This document shows, piece by piece, positions 1 to 9,191 of a DNA stretch of 64,000 nucleotides; the first letter of the stretch is position 1, and every line of letters starts with the position of its first letter. The translations under genes were made by a program, and so were the position numbers. The stretch comes from Candidatus Sericytochromatia bacterium. GTDB lineage: Bacteria > Cyanobacteriota > Sericytochromatia > S15B-MN24 > UBA4093. Below the pieces are notes generated by a model. It did not search any database, was not told the DNA's origin, and saw nothing but the letters and a program-made list of their open reading frames with translations. The stretch covers positions 32,001 to 96,000 of the forward strand of contig JAKFBU010000026.1 in assembly GCA_036676985.1 (NCBI GenBank), given 5' to 3'.

Positions 1-453
1 ACGCGCGACCTCTTCACGCGGGTCTTCTACGCTCAGAACAAGAGCCGCACTCCGCTCCTGGTCACCGTCGTCTCCATCGGCACGACGCTCGTCTTCAACG
101 CTGTGCTGGTCCGTTACCAGCTCGCGGGCCTCGCATGGGCGACGACCCTCGTGACGGTCGGGAACCTCCTCTTGCTGGGCTACTTCCTGCGCCGCGACCT
201 GGGGACGCTCGGCCTCGGGCCGAGCGTGGGCACGATCGTGAAGGCCTTCGTCGCGGCCGGAGCCTGTGCGGGCCTCGCCTACCTCGCCAAGGGGTTCGTG
301 CCCTTCCCGGGACAGCTCGGCGCGCTCGTCCAGTTGTTGGGCGGCGGGGTGGTCGGTCTCGGGGCCTACGTCATCCTCCTGCTGCTGTTGCGCGTCCCCG
401 CCCTGGAGCTCTTGCGCCGGAGGAGGACGCCCCCCGTGGCCGTCGCGGAGTGA
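1..453 (+). CDS. murJ: Lipid II flippase MurJ/MviN, 3' part (truncated by window start)
   Basis: Frame 1 is open from base 1 (TRDLFTRVFYAQNKSRTPLLV... LAGLAWATTL). It has several TM helices and the R.FYA....TP motif typical of the MurJ C-terminus. Confidence 0.8.
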   Translation, partial: TRDLFTRVFYAQNKSRTPLLVTVVSIGTTLVFNAVLVRYQLAGLAWATTLVTVGNLLLLGYFLRRDLGTLGLGPSVGTIVKAFVAAGACAGLAYLAKGFVPFPGQLGALVQLLGGGVVGLGAYVILLLLLRVPALELLRRRRTPPVAVAE

Positions 454-455
454 GC

Positions 456-485
456 CTGACCATTTCGAGGTTCGTTGGGTATAAT
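456..485 (+). promoter_or_regulatory. Putative sigma70 promoter
   Basis: CTGACC-N18-TATAAT upstream of the DUF4388 gene. Confidence 0.45.
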
Positions 486-566
486 GGGGAGGCTCCGCCC
501 CCTGGCGGAGCGCCCGGCGTCGCCGGTCCTTCCCACCTGCCAGCACTCTCAGAAAGGTAGCGGGAC

Positions 567-1415
567 TTGTCGAACCTTACGTTGCTGGAGGGCAATATTG
601 CCTCCATCAGCTTCCCCAACCTCGTTCAGCTGATCAAGTTGGAGCAGAAGACGGCCAAGCTCGAGCTCTCGCGCGTCGAGATCGGTCAGTCGGCGGACAT
701 GTACTTCGTCGGCGGCAACCTCAAGTACGCGGCGGTCAACGCCCTGCGTGGCGAGGAGGCCATGTTCCGGATCATCTGCTGGTGGAAGACCGGGACGTTC
801 CGGGTGCTCGAGATCTCGCAGGACGAGGTTCCCGAGTCCAACATCAACCGTCAGATCGACTGGGTCCTGCTCGAAGGCATGCGCCGCATGGACGAGTGCC
901 ACCACTACAAGGGCATCGTCCAGGACCTCACCAGCGCCATCTCCTACACCCAGGACGCCCTCGACGCCTTCCAGTGGGACCGTGCCGAGCCGCCCGAGTG
1001 GATCCCGCACTGGATGCGCAAGCTGCCCCGCTCCTTCACCCTGGCCCAGTTCTTCGAGCAGTCGAACCTGGGCGAGATGGAGACCTGCGCGGCCCTCAAG
1101 AGCCTGCTCTACACGGGAGCCGCGGTGGCCCACGGCGCGGACTCGGGGCCCGATCTGGCCTCGGCGCCGATCCAGCGCACGCGCTTCGACTCGTTCGCGC
1201 TCATCGTCATGGAGTACGTGGGCTACGAGGTCGCCAACAACCTGGTGGAGAGCGCCTGTCAGGAGATGGGCCTGATGGACCTCGAGAACGTCACCTTCGG
1301 TCAGATGGTCGACCTCTCGGACCGCCTCGGCATGGCCATCTCGCGCATGGTGGGCTTCGATCAGGGTCAGGAGTGCATGCGCAAGCTGCGGGCCCGCATC
1401 ACGAGCCTGCTCTAA
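567..1415 (+). CDS. DUF4388 (PATAN-like) domain protein
   Basis: N-terminus LEGNIASISFPNLVQLIKLEQKTAKLEL...YFVGGNLKYA...GEEA...W..GTF...NI....DWVLLEGMRRMDE matches the DUF4388 pattern. TTG start after AAAGGT. Confidence 0.75.
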   Translation: MSNLTLLEGNIASISFPNLVQLIKLEQKTAKLELSRVEIGQSADMYFVGGNLKYAAVNALRGEEAMFRIICWWKTGTFRVLEISQDEVPESNINRQIDWVLLEGMRRMDECHHYKGIVQDLTSAISYTQDALDAFQWDRAEPPEWIPHWMRKLPRSFTLAQFFEQSNLGEMETCAALKSLLYTGAAVAHGADSGPDLASAPIQRTRFDSFALIVMEYVGYEVANNLVESACQEMGLMDLENVTFGQMVDLSDRLGMAISRMVGFDQGQECMRKLRARITSLL

Positions 1416-1434
1416 CTCCTCTTGTTCGACGCGA

Positions 1435-1470
1435 GCGGCCGGTTGGGACACCAACCGGCCGCATTTTTTT
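1435..1470 (+). terminator. Intrinsic terminator
   Basis: GCGGCCGGTTGG-gaca-CCAACCGGCCGC followed by ATTTTTTT. Confidence 0.85.
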
Positions 1471-1486
1471 CGGGGGAGCGGTCGGG

Positions 1487-1900
1487 TTAGAGCGGGTGGA
1501 GCAGCATGGCCCAGAAGGGGTCGAAGCGCTCCGGGGGGCGGATCGTGAGCACGTCGCCGTTGGTGCGGGCGCTGATCCGGTAGCCGCGGCGGTTGGCCAC
1601 GAACTCCGTGACCGTCCCCTCGAGCCGGTAGCCCTCGGGCAGGTCGTCGGTGTGGACGAGCAACTCCACGAGGGCCTCCAGGGTGGCGGCCTCCGGGTAG
1701 TGGTAGAAGTGCGCCGCGCGGTAGCCCTCGATGGCCGCCTGCAGGACCGTGAGGTCGTTGCGCAGCGCCATGGTCGCACTGGGCATGAGGATCGGCGCAG
1801 GCTCGACCACGCCCGGCTTCTCGGCCGGTGGCGGCACCTGAGCGGCGGCGGGCAGGATCAAGAGGGTCACGAACAGGGCTCCGGAGGCTAGAAAGCGCAT
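1487..1900 (-). CDS. Secreted hypothetical protein (weak pseudopilin GspG-like helix)
   Basis: GAGGAGG RBS and signal peptide (AAA-Q). LRNDLTVLQAAIEGY...YP resembles a pilin core, but there is no class III signal. Confidence 0.6.
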   Translation of the reverse strand: MRFLASGALFVTLLILPAAAQVPPPAEKPGVVEPAPILMPSATMALRNDLTVLQAAIEGYRAAHFYHYPEAATLEALVELLVHTDDLPEGYRLEGTVTEFVANRRGYRISARTNGDVLTIRPPERFDPFWAMLLHPL

Positions 1901-2017
1901 GGGATCCTCCTCGCACGGACGGCCATGCCCCTACCCTAGGTGCTCCTTCCGGGCGCGGCTTCGGCACCCTGGCCAAGCCTGCTCGGGCATTTGGCCGAAA
2001 CCGCGGAGCCATGCCGC

Positions 2018-2047
2018 TTGCCGCATTCGAGCGGCCTTTGCTATAGT
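2018..2047 (+). promoter_or_regulatory. Putative sigma70 promoter
   Basis: TTGCCG-N18-TATAGT with extended TG. Confidence 0.55.
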
Positions 2048-2113
2048 GGTGAAGTTTCGCGTCTGGGGCAACCGCCGGGCCGAAACGCGCATCCCCCAGA
2101 CGAGGAGATCATC

Positions 2114-3553
2114 GTGAGCGTGATCAGCAACGAGAAGGGCGCGAGCAGCAGCCTGCTCAGCCGCCTGTTGGTTCGTAAGCCCCTGCCGGACGAGAGTGCC
2201 AGCTCCGGGCTGAAGAAGGTACTCGGCCCCATCGACCTGACGATGCTCGGCATCGGGGCGATCATCGGGACGGGCATCTTCGTCATCACCGGCTCGGCCG
2301 CCGCCAAGTGGGCGGGCCCCGGCATCATCATTTCCTTCATCATCGCCGGCATCGCCTGCGCGTTCGCGGCCATGGCCTACGCCGAGGTCGCCTCGATGAT
2401 CCCGGCCTCGGGCTCGGCCTACACCTACGCCTACAGCGCCTTCGGCGAGATCTTCGCCTGGGTCATCGGGTGGGCGCTCATCTTGGAATACGTGGTGGCC
2501 TCAGCGGCCGTCTCAATCGGGTGGAGCGGGTACTTCGTCAAGATCCTCCACAACGTGGGCATCGAGATACCGGCGGCCTTCGCCAACGCCCCGGGCGTGG
2601 TGCCGGGGGCCGTCGTGAACGTCCCGGCGATCGCCATCGCGCTCACGGTGACGGCCATCCTGATCCGGGGCGTCAAGGAGAGCGCCAACGTCAACGCCCT
2701 CTTCGTGGCCCTCAAGATCCTCGTGCTCCTGATGTTCATCGCCCTGACGCTGGGCCACATCAACCCGGGCAACTGGCAGCCCTTCCTGCCCTACGGCTGG
2801 GGTGGCGTCTTCACCGGCGCGGCGACCATCTTCTTCGCCTACATCGGCTTCGACGCCATCTCGACGGCGGCCGAGGAGGTCAAGAACCCGCAGCGCGACC
2901 TGCCCATCGGCCTCATCGCGAGCCTCCTGGTCTGCACCGTGTTCTACATCGTGATCGCGGCCATCTTCACGGGCATCATCCCGCAGTCGCTCTACCCCGC
3001 CCTCAAGGAGAACGCGGCGCCCTTGGCCTTCGCGCTCGACTACGTCGGCAAGGGCTGGGCGGCAGCACTGCTCTCGGTGGGCGCCGTCACGGGCATCACC
3101 TCGGTGCTCGTCGTCATGATGATGGGCCAGCCGCGCATCTTCTTCGCCATGGCGCGCGACGGCCTGATGCCCAAGGTCTTCACCACCGTGCACCCCAAGT
3201 TCGGCACGCCCGTGGTCACCACCGTCGTGACGGGCATCTGCGTGGCCATCCTGGCGGGCCTGACGCCCATCTCGATGGTGGCGGAGCTCGCCAACATCGG
3301 GACGCTCTTCGCCTTCATCCTGGTGGCGGTCGGGGCCTGGGTGCTGCGCTACACCCGTCCCGAGTGGAAGCGCGGCTTCCGCGTCCCGGGCATGCCCGTG
3401 GTGGCCATCGGCACGGTCCTGAGCTGCGGCTTCATGATGGCCAAGCTCCCCGCCTTGACCTGGCGCAACTTCCTGGCGTGGATGGCGATCGGCCTGGTGG
3501 GCTACTTCCTGTACGGCATCCGCAACAGCAACCTGGGCACCAGCAAGCCCTAG
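2114..3553 (+). CDS. APC-family amino acid permease
   Basis: GIGAIIGTGIF, YAE...P.SGSAYTYAY and FFAYIGFD motifs; 12+ TM helices. GTG at 2114 after GAGGAG is preferred over the track start at 1940. Confidence 0.93.
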   Translation: MSVISNEKGASSSLLSRLLVRKPLPDESASSGLKKVLGPIDLTMLGIGAIIGTGIFVITGSAAAKWAGPGIIISFIIAGIACAFAAMAYAEVASMIPASGSAYTYAYSAFGEIFAWVIGWALILEYVVASAAVSIGWSGYFVKILHNVGIEIPAAFANAPGVVPGAVVNVPAIAIALTVTAILIRGVKESANVNALFVALKILVLLMFIALTLGHINPGNWQPFLPYGWGGVFTGAATIFFAYIGFDAISTAAEEVKNPQRDLPIGLIASLLVCTVFYIVIAAIFTGIIPQSLYPALKENAAPLAFALDYVGKGWAAALLSVGAVTGITSVLVVMMMGQPRIFFAMARDGLMPKVFTTVHPKFGTPVVTTVVTGICVAILAGLTPISMVAELANIGTLFAFILVAVGAWVLRYTRPEWKRGFRVPGMPVVAIGTVLSCGFMMAKLPALTWRNFLAWMAIGLVGYFLYGIRNSNLGTSKP

Positions 3554-3568
3554 CTCCGACACCCGCAG

Positions 3569-3605
3569 GCGGCGGCTGGCCACTGGCCAGCCGCCGCTTC
3601 TTGTT
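3569..3605. terminator. Terminator hairpin between convergent genes
   Basis: GCGGCGGCTGGCCA/TGGCCAGCCGCCGC followed by TTCTTGTT. Confidence 0.7.
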
Positions 3606-3610
3606 GGCTG

Positions 3611-3967
3611 CTAGAAGGTGGCCTCCAGCCGGTGCAGGAGCCCGGCCCGGCGGGCGTGATCCAGGACCTGGGGCGTGATCGTCTCGCCGGCGCGGACGAT
3701 GGCCTGACCCTGGCCGTCGCTCAAGGAGACCGTCGAGGTCTGGCCGACCATGTAGTCCTGGTGCGGCCGGGGCTCCAAGGGCTCCATGTCGCAGTACATG
3801 GTCTCGGCTTCGGTGTCGTCGGCCTCGGGGCCGAACTCGACGGCGATCCGCGCGATGCGTTGCGGGGGCTGGTCCAACACGACGCACTTGACCCGACCGA
3901 GCGTCTTGCCCGTGGCGTAGTCGCTCACCGGACACCCCAGCAGATCGAAGTCCAGAGGTCTCATCAC
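3611..3967 (-). CDS. PRC-barrel-like domain protein
   Basis: LLGCPVSDYATGKTLGRVKCVVLD matches the PRC-barrel pattern. C-terminal G..IVRAGETIT...L..AR.AG motif. Confidence 0.6.
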   Translation of the reverse strand: MMRPLDFDLLGCPVSDYATGKTLGRVKCVVLDQPPQRIARIAVEFGPEADDTEAETMYCDMEPLEPRPHQDYMVGQTSTVSLSDGQGQAIVRAGETITPQVLDHARRAGLLHRLEATF

Positions 3968-4140
3968 CCTGCGCTCCCCTGTTGTGGGACAGCGCCCCCG
4001 CGCCGCCCATGGCGATCCGGTGCTGATCCTATAGGCCGGGTCCCGGCAGCGACTAGGGCGCGATGGCCAAAGCCTTTGGAGATTCCCGAACCCCTGCCTG
4101 CGGGCATTTCTGGCTGCCGGGCCTTCTGGATGTTAGAATC

Positions 4141-4193
4141 AACACGGTTTTGACCCACCGATGGCTGCTTGCCTTCGGCCTATGACACGGGGA
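4141..4193 (+). promoter_or_regulatory. Candidate pan-type leader RNA upstream of panC
   Basis: Follows TGnTAGAAT (-10 at about 4134). ACGGT..GACCCA..TGGCTGCT..GACACGG resembles, from memory, leaders of pantothenate operons. Confidence 0.3.
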
Positions 4194-4201
4194 GGCCCCT
4201 C

Positions 4202-5089
4202 TTGGTTCTGGTCGAGTCCGTCGCGGACCTTCGCTCGGCCCTGGCGTCGCTGCCGGGGCCCGTCGGCTTCGTGCCCACCATGGGGGCCCTGCATCCGGGC
4301 CATGCCAGCCTCATGCGCCAGGCCCGGCAGGAGTGCCGGACGGTCGTCGTCTCCGTCTTCGTGAACCCCAAGCAGTTCGGCCCCAAGGAGGACTTCGCGC
4401 GCTATCCGCGCGATCTGGCGGGGGATGCGGCCGTTTGCGCCCAGGCGGGCGTCGACGTGGTGTTCGTGCCGGCGGTGGACGAGGTCTACCCCCCGGGCTT
4501 CGCCACCGAGGTCGCGGTGGGCCCCGCGCTCACGGACAAGCTGTGCGGCCACTACCGCCCCGGCCACTTCACGGGCGTGACGACGGTGGTCGCCAAGCTC
4601 TTCAACCTGGTGCGCCCGGACCGCGCCTACTTCGGGCAGAAGGACTTCCAGCAGTGCCGGGTCCTCGCGCAGATGGTCCGGGACCTGGCCATGCCCCTCG
4701 AGCTGGTGCGCTGCCCGACGGTGCGCGAGCCAGACGGCCTCGCCCTCAGCAGCCGCAACCGCTACCTGGCTCCCGAGGAGCGGGAATCGGCCCTGCGTCT
4801 GTCGGCGGCCCTGGGGATCCTGGTGGCCTCCCACGAGCCGGGCCGTCCGGTGGCCCCCGCGCTCGAGCGCGCCCGCGCCTACCTGGCGGCGGACCCGCAG
4901 GTGAGGCTGCAGTACTTCGAGGTGGTCGAGGAAGGCTCGCTGGAGCCTGCCCACGTCTTCGGGCCGGGGCAGGTCGCCCTTGTTGCCGCGCACGTGGGGC
5001 ATACCCGCCTCATCGACAACGCCCTCTTGGATCCGGCCGGTCCCGATCGCGACCTGGCCGCCCGTGCCCCAAAGGAGATCCTGAGTTGA
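4202..5089 (+). CDS. panC: Pantoate--beta-alanine ligase
   Basis: VGFVPTMGALHPGH, FVNPKQFGP, RPGHFTGV, YFGQKDFQQ, REPDGLALSSRN and RLIDN motifs. TTG after GGGGAGG. Confidence 0.97.
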   Translation: MVLVESVADLRSALASLPGPVGFVPTMGALHPGHASLMRQARQECRTVVVSVFVNPKQFGPKEDFARYPRDLAGDAAVCAQAGVDVVFVPAVDEVYPPGFATEVAVGPALTDKLCGHYRPGHFTGVTTVVAKLFNLVRPDRAYFGQKDFQQCRVLAQMVRDLAMPLELVRCPTVREPDGLALSSRNRYLAPEERESALRLSAALGILVASHEPGRPVAPALERARAYLAADPQVRLQYFEVVEEGSLEPAHVFGPGQVALVAAHVGHTRLIDNALLDPAGPDRDLAARAPKEILS

Positions 5090-5763
5090 AATCCCTCGTC
5101 ATCGCCATCGACGGTCCCGCCGGAGCGGGCAAGAGTACCGTCTCCCGCCGCGTGGCCCGCCAGCTGGGACTCCTGTTCCTCGACACCGGGGCCATGTATC
5201 GGGCTCTCACCTGGAAGGCCCTCCGGGTCGGTCTGGACCTCTCGGACGAGCCGGCGCTCGCCAGGCTCGCCGAGGAGAGCCGCATCGAGCTCTTGCCTGG
5301 CGAGGAGGGCGATCGCGTCTGCATCGACGGCACCGATGTCACCGAGGCCATCCGGACTCCCGAGGTGACCGGGCGTGTCTCCGAGGTGGCCAAGGTGTCG
5401 GCGGTGCGTGCACACCTGGTCAGCCTGCAGCAGGCCATGGGCAAGGCCGGCGGAGTGGTGGCCGAAGGTCGAGACATCGGGACGGTGGTGTTCCCCCATG
5501 CCGACCTCAAGATCTTCCTGGTGGCGAGCCCGCGCGAGCGGGCGCGCCGGCGCGCCCGTGACCTCGAGAAGGCGGGCCATGCGGTCGACCTGGCGGCCCT
5601 CGAGGCAGATATCCAGCGCCGCGACGACATCGACTCCAACCGCGAGCACTCCCCGCTCAAGCCGGCCGAGGACGCCGTCCTGCTCGACAGCGACCACCTG
5701 ACGGCCGACGAGGTGGTGACGGCCATCCTGGAGCGCGCCCGCGCCCTGCAGGCCCAGGCCTAG
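5086..5763 (+). CDS. cmk: Cytidylate kinase
   Basis: VIAIDGPAGAGKST, LDTGAMYRA and EGRDIGTVVFP motifs. TTG overlaps the panC stop (TTGA); AAGGAG RBS. Confidence 0.96.
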   Translation: MKSLVIAIDGPAGAGKSTVSRRVARQLGLLFLDTGAMYRALTWKALRVGLDLSDEPALARLAEESRIELLPGEEGDRVCIDGTDVTEAIRTPEVTGRVSEVAKVSAVRAHLVSLQQAMGKAGGVVAEGRDIGTVVFPHADLKIFLVASPRERARRRARDLEKAGHAVDLAALEADIQRRDDIDSNREHSPLKPAEDAVLLDSDHLTADEVVTAILERARALQAQA

Positions 5764-6288
5764 CCAATCGAAATTTAATCGAGAGCGAGCCGGGCTCAAA
5801 CGGGAGCGACACGGGGCGTTTACACGCCTCGGCTACGGTAAGAGGGTCGGTGACCCCGGGACGCGGGTGGGAAGTACAAAGCACTTCTGCGTCTGGCCCG
5901 GTCGGGCGTCGATGGTCGAGCGGAGCCCCCGGCGGGGGACGCGCGTTCCGCGTCAGCGGCTGATGGCGCGCACCGCATGCGACCGGCGTCGGCGAAAGTC
6001 GGCGGGCTTGAGGGGGCGCGGCCGCTTGCCGCGCCCCTTCGCGTGTCTTGTGTCGCGGGCCACTCGCTTGGCTGCTGAAAAGGTGACATAATTAGCGCAG
6101 GAAGTTGTTTCATACCGTCGGATTGCGACGTTTAAGACGGGCAGGCTTGTTAAGGGACCCCACTGACGGGTATGATGGCGTCGTGAAGATGCGGACCACG
6201 GTTGGTTCGTCACCATGCAGGGAACGCTCCAGACCAGGGACGGTGGGAGGACCCCTTAGTTGCTCCGTGGGCCGAGGAGGTTCCATCC

Positions 6289-6711
6289 TTGCTGGACAAG
6301 CTTTTTAGCGGTGCTCCAGACGTCATGGCCAAGGCCATGGACGGACTGTCGACGCGCCAGAAGGCGATCGCCGAGAACATCGCCAACGCGGACACCCCTC
6401 ACTACAAACGGTTCGAGGTGGCCTACGAGGGCCAGCTCAAGCGCGCCATCTCCCAGCCCGGCGCCTTCGAGGTCCCGATGGCGACATCCCACCCCATGCA
6501 CATCCGCCTCGACGGCCCCCAGAGCCTCGAGGAGTTCCAGGCGGTGGTGAGCCGTTCGACCGAGAACACCATGCGCAACGACGGCAACAACGTCGACATC
6601 GACGCGGAGATGACCCGCCTCGCGCAGACCAGCATCACCTACAACGCCATGGCCGACCTGATGAAGCGCAGCATGGAAGGCCTCAAGACCGTCATCCGCG
6701 GTACGGCCTAA
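6289..6711 (+). CDS. flgB: Flagellar basal-body rod protein FlgB
   Basis: RQKAIAENIANADTPHYK and RNDGNNVDIDAEM motifs. TTG after GAGGAGG. Confidence 0.95.
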   Translation: MLDKLFSGAPDVMAKAMDGLSTRQKAIAENIANADTPHYKRFEVAYEGQLKRAISQPGAFEVPMATSHPMHIRLDGPQSLEEFQAVVSRSTENTMRNDGNNVDIDAEMTRLAQTSITYNAMADLMKRSMEGLKTVIRGTA

Positions 6712-6722
6712 GGAGGTAGCAG

Positions 6723-7127
6723 ATGAGCACGTTCGATGCCCTGAACACCAGCGCCAGCGCCCTGACGGCCCAGCGCCTCCGCATGGACACCATCGCGAGC
6801 AACCTCGCCAACGCCAACACCACCCGTACGGACAAGGGCGAGGCCTACCGGCGCGAGATGGTGGTCTTCGAGTCCAAGCAGCCCACCAAGCCGGGGGCGG
6901 CCTCGGGCGGCGTGCAGGTCGCGGGCATCATCGAGGACCAGTCGCCCTTCAAGATGGTCTACGACCCCGAGCACCCGGACGCCAACGAGCAGGGCTACGT
7001 CGCCTATCCGAACGTCAATCCCATCACGGAGATGACGGACCTCATCTCGGCCACGCGCTCGTACGAGGCCAACGTGACCGTCGTGCAGGCCCTCAAGAGC
7101 GCCGCCGGCAAGGCTTTGGAGATTTAA
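6723..7127 (+). CDS. flgC: Flagellar basal-body rod protein FlgC
   Basis: AQRLRMDTIASNLANANTT, YDPEHPDA..GYV..PNVN and RSYEAN motifs. Confidence 0.97.
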   Translation: MSTFDALNTSASALTAQRLRMDTIASNLANANTTRTDKGEAYRREMVVFESKQPTKPGAASGGVQVAGIIEDQSPFKMVYDPEHPDANEQGYVAYPNVNPITEMTDLISATRSYEANVTVVQALKSAAGKALEI

Positions 7128-7133
7128 CGGCAC

Positions 7134-7574
7134 ATGGCAGGCCTTCCTCCTTTCATTTCCCTTCCCGGCGCTCCGGGGCTCGGCTTCGGAATCACCCTTC
7201 CCAAGGTGACGCCCGACGAGCAGCGCAGCGAGTTCAACCAGATCTACGACGGCCTCAAGGCCCCTCAGCTGGGCATCGAGCTGCCCGTTCCGCCGGCCAA
7301 GTCCCTGGAGATGCCGTCCGTCGCCGTCCAGGCGCCGGGGGCCGCCCAGGGCATCCAGGATCTCGGTAAGCCGCTCGGGGCCTTCCTCGACAGCGTCAAC
7401 CACCTCCAGCTCCAGAGCTCCGAGCTTCGCAAGGAGCTCGCCACCGGAGGCGACGTGGAGCTGCACGACGTGATGATCGCCGCGGAGAAGGCGGGCATCG
7501 CCGTGAACCTGACGATGCAGGTGCGCAACAAGCTCGTGGAGGCCTACCACGAAATCATGAGAATGAGCGTCTAG
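7134..7574 (+). CDS. fliE: Hook-basal body protein FliE (long N-terminal extension)
   Basis: C-terminal LHDVMIAAEKA...QVRNKLVEAYHEIMRM. Confidence 0.92.
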   Translation: MAGLPPFISLPGAPGLGFGITLPKVTPDEQRSEFNQIYDGLKAPQLGIELPVPPAKSLEMPSVAVQAPGAAQGIQDLGKPLGAFLDSVNHLQLQSSELRKELATGGDVELHDVMIAAEKAGIAVNLTMQVRNKLVEAYHEIMRMSV

Positions 7575-7584
7575 TCTTACCTCG

Positions 7585-9189
7585 ATGAACGACTTCCTCA
7601 AGCAGCTCCAGCAAGACGTCATTCGCATCTGGACCGGGTTGACCCGGACCCAGCAGATCGTGTTCGGCGCGGTCGCCGCCGCGAGCGTGGCGGCCATCGT
7701 CATGCTCGTCCTCTGGGCGCAGACCCCCGAGTGGTCCCCGCTCTTCACCAACCTCGACAACGCCGACGCCGGCCAGGTCGTCGAGAAGCTGAAGGAGCAG
7801 AAGGTTCCCTATCAGATCTCGGGCTCGGCCATCATGGTGCCCAAGAGCAAGGTCCACGAGCTGCGGCTCGCCATGGCCTCCGCGGGCCTGCCGCAGGGCG
7901 GTACCGTGGGCTTCGAGATCTTCGACAAGAACCAGTTCGGCATGACCGACGCCCTCCAGAAGCTCAACTACCAGCGGGCGCTGCAGGGCGAGCTGGTGCG
8001 CACCGTCACCTCCCTGGACGGCGTCGAGAGCGCCCGGGTCCACCTGGTGATCCCGGAGAAGGACCTGTTCTCGGACAGCGCCCAGGAGCCCTCGGCGGCG
8101 GTCGTCATCAAGCTCAAGGCCGGCGCCCGCCTCACGCCCGAGCAGGCCAAGACCATCACCCACCTGGTGGTCAAGAGCGTGGAGGGCCTCAAGGACTCCA
8201 ACGTCGTCATCACGGACGTGGACGGCCGCAACTACACCGAGGAGCTGGGCCTCGGCCGGGACGACAGCATGGCGTCGCCCGAGCTGACCTTGAACCAGCT
8301 CGAGATCAAGAAGCAGATCGAGGGCGGCCTGCGCAAGAACCTCCAGTCCACCCTGGACCGGGTGCTCGGCCCCAACAACTCGGTGGTCACGGTGGCGGCC
8401 GACCTGGATTTCAGCCAGGAGGAGACGAACCAGGAGACCTACGCTCCGGTCATCCGCAACCAGGACGGCTCGGGCACTGGCATCCTGCTCTCCACCAAGG
8501 AGCTGCACGAGCGCTACGACGGCTCAGGCAAGGCCAACGGCGGCGTGCCGGGCGTGACCTCGAACATCAACGCGGGCGCCAACGCGAGCCTGCCGACGTA
8601 CCAAGCGTCGGAGTCCGCGGGGGCCGGCAGCTACACCAAGGACGACGTGGTCCGCAACTACGTCCCCAACAAGGAAGTGAAGCGCAAGATCAAGGCCCCG
8701 GCCGAGATCAACCGCCTGTCGGTGGCCGTGGTGGTCAACGGCGAGCTGGAGCCGCAGCAGCTGACGGATCTCAAGCAGATGATCTCGGCGGCGGCGGGCA
8801 CGGACCTCGCCCGCGGCGACACGGTCGTCGTGACGGCCCAGAAGTTCAACGACACGGTCCAGAAGGCCGAGGAGATGGAGCTCGCCAAGCTCAAGAACCA
8901 GGAGCAGCTCCAGGGCTACCTGAAGATCGGCATCGGCCTCCTGATCGGCATCATCGCCCTGGTGCTCCTGCGTCGCGGCCTCGCGGGCAAGCAGGAGCCC
9001 TTCGACGACGGGCCGCTCAGCCTCGAGGGCTTCGACGTGGACGGCCGCCTCGCGCCGCCGGTGGCCATCGGGACCATCGGCGAGGACGACCGCAAGACCC
9101 ACCTGCAGAAGGAGATCACCAAGGTCGTCAAGCAGCAGCCCAATGACGTGGCGAAGCTGTTGCGGTCCTGGATGATCGAGGACGACTAA
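7585..9189 (+). CDS. fliF: Flagellar M-ring protein FliF
   Basis: GFEIFDK..FGMTD, YQRALQGELVRT and ARVHLVIP motifs; two TM segments. Confidence 0.97.
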   Translation: MNDFLKQLQQDVIRIWTGLTRTQQIVFGAVAAASVAAIVMLVLWAQTPEWSPLFTNLDNADAGQVVEKLKEQKVPYQISGSAIMVPKSKVHELRLAMASAGLPQGGTVGFEIFDKNQFGMTDALQKLNYQRALQGELVRTVTSLDGVESARVHLVIPEKDLFSDSAQEPSAAVVIKLKAGARLTPEQAKTITHLVVKSVEGLKDSNVVITDVDGRNYTEELGLGRDDSMASPELTLNQLEIKKQIEGGLRKNLQSTLDRVLGPNNSVVTVAADLDFSQEETNQETYAPVIRNQDGSGTGILLSTKELHERYDGSGKANGGVPGVTSNINAGANASLPTYQASESAGAGSYTKDDVVRNYVPNKEVKRKIKAPAEINRLSVAVVVNGELEPQQLTDLKQMISAAAGTDLARGDTVVVTAQKFNDTVQKAEEMELAKLKNQEQLQGYLKIGIGLLIGIIALVLLRRGLAGKQEPFDDGPLSLEGFDVDGRLAPPVAIGTIGEDDRKTHLQKEITKVVKQQPNDVAKLLRSWMIEDD

Positions 9190-9191
9190 GC

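Noticed and set aside
1487-1900. Type II secretion pseudopilin call
   Set aside because: It lacks the GFxxxE class III signal and there are no neighbouring T2SS genes.
4333-5085. Long N-terminal extension of cmk in the ORF track
   Set aside because: Alternative frame overlapping panC; the real start is TTG 5086 with an SD.
5764-6288. c-di-GMP-I/II riboswitch upstream of flgB
   Set aside because: The expected GGCAAA..GAAA..GACGCAAA or GGGCAC..GTGCAACCG cores were not found.
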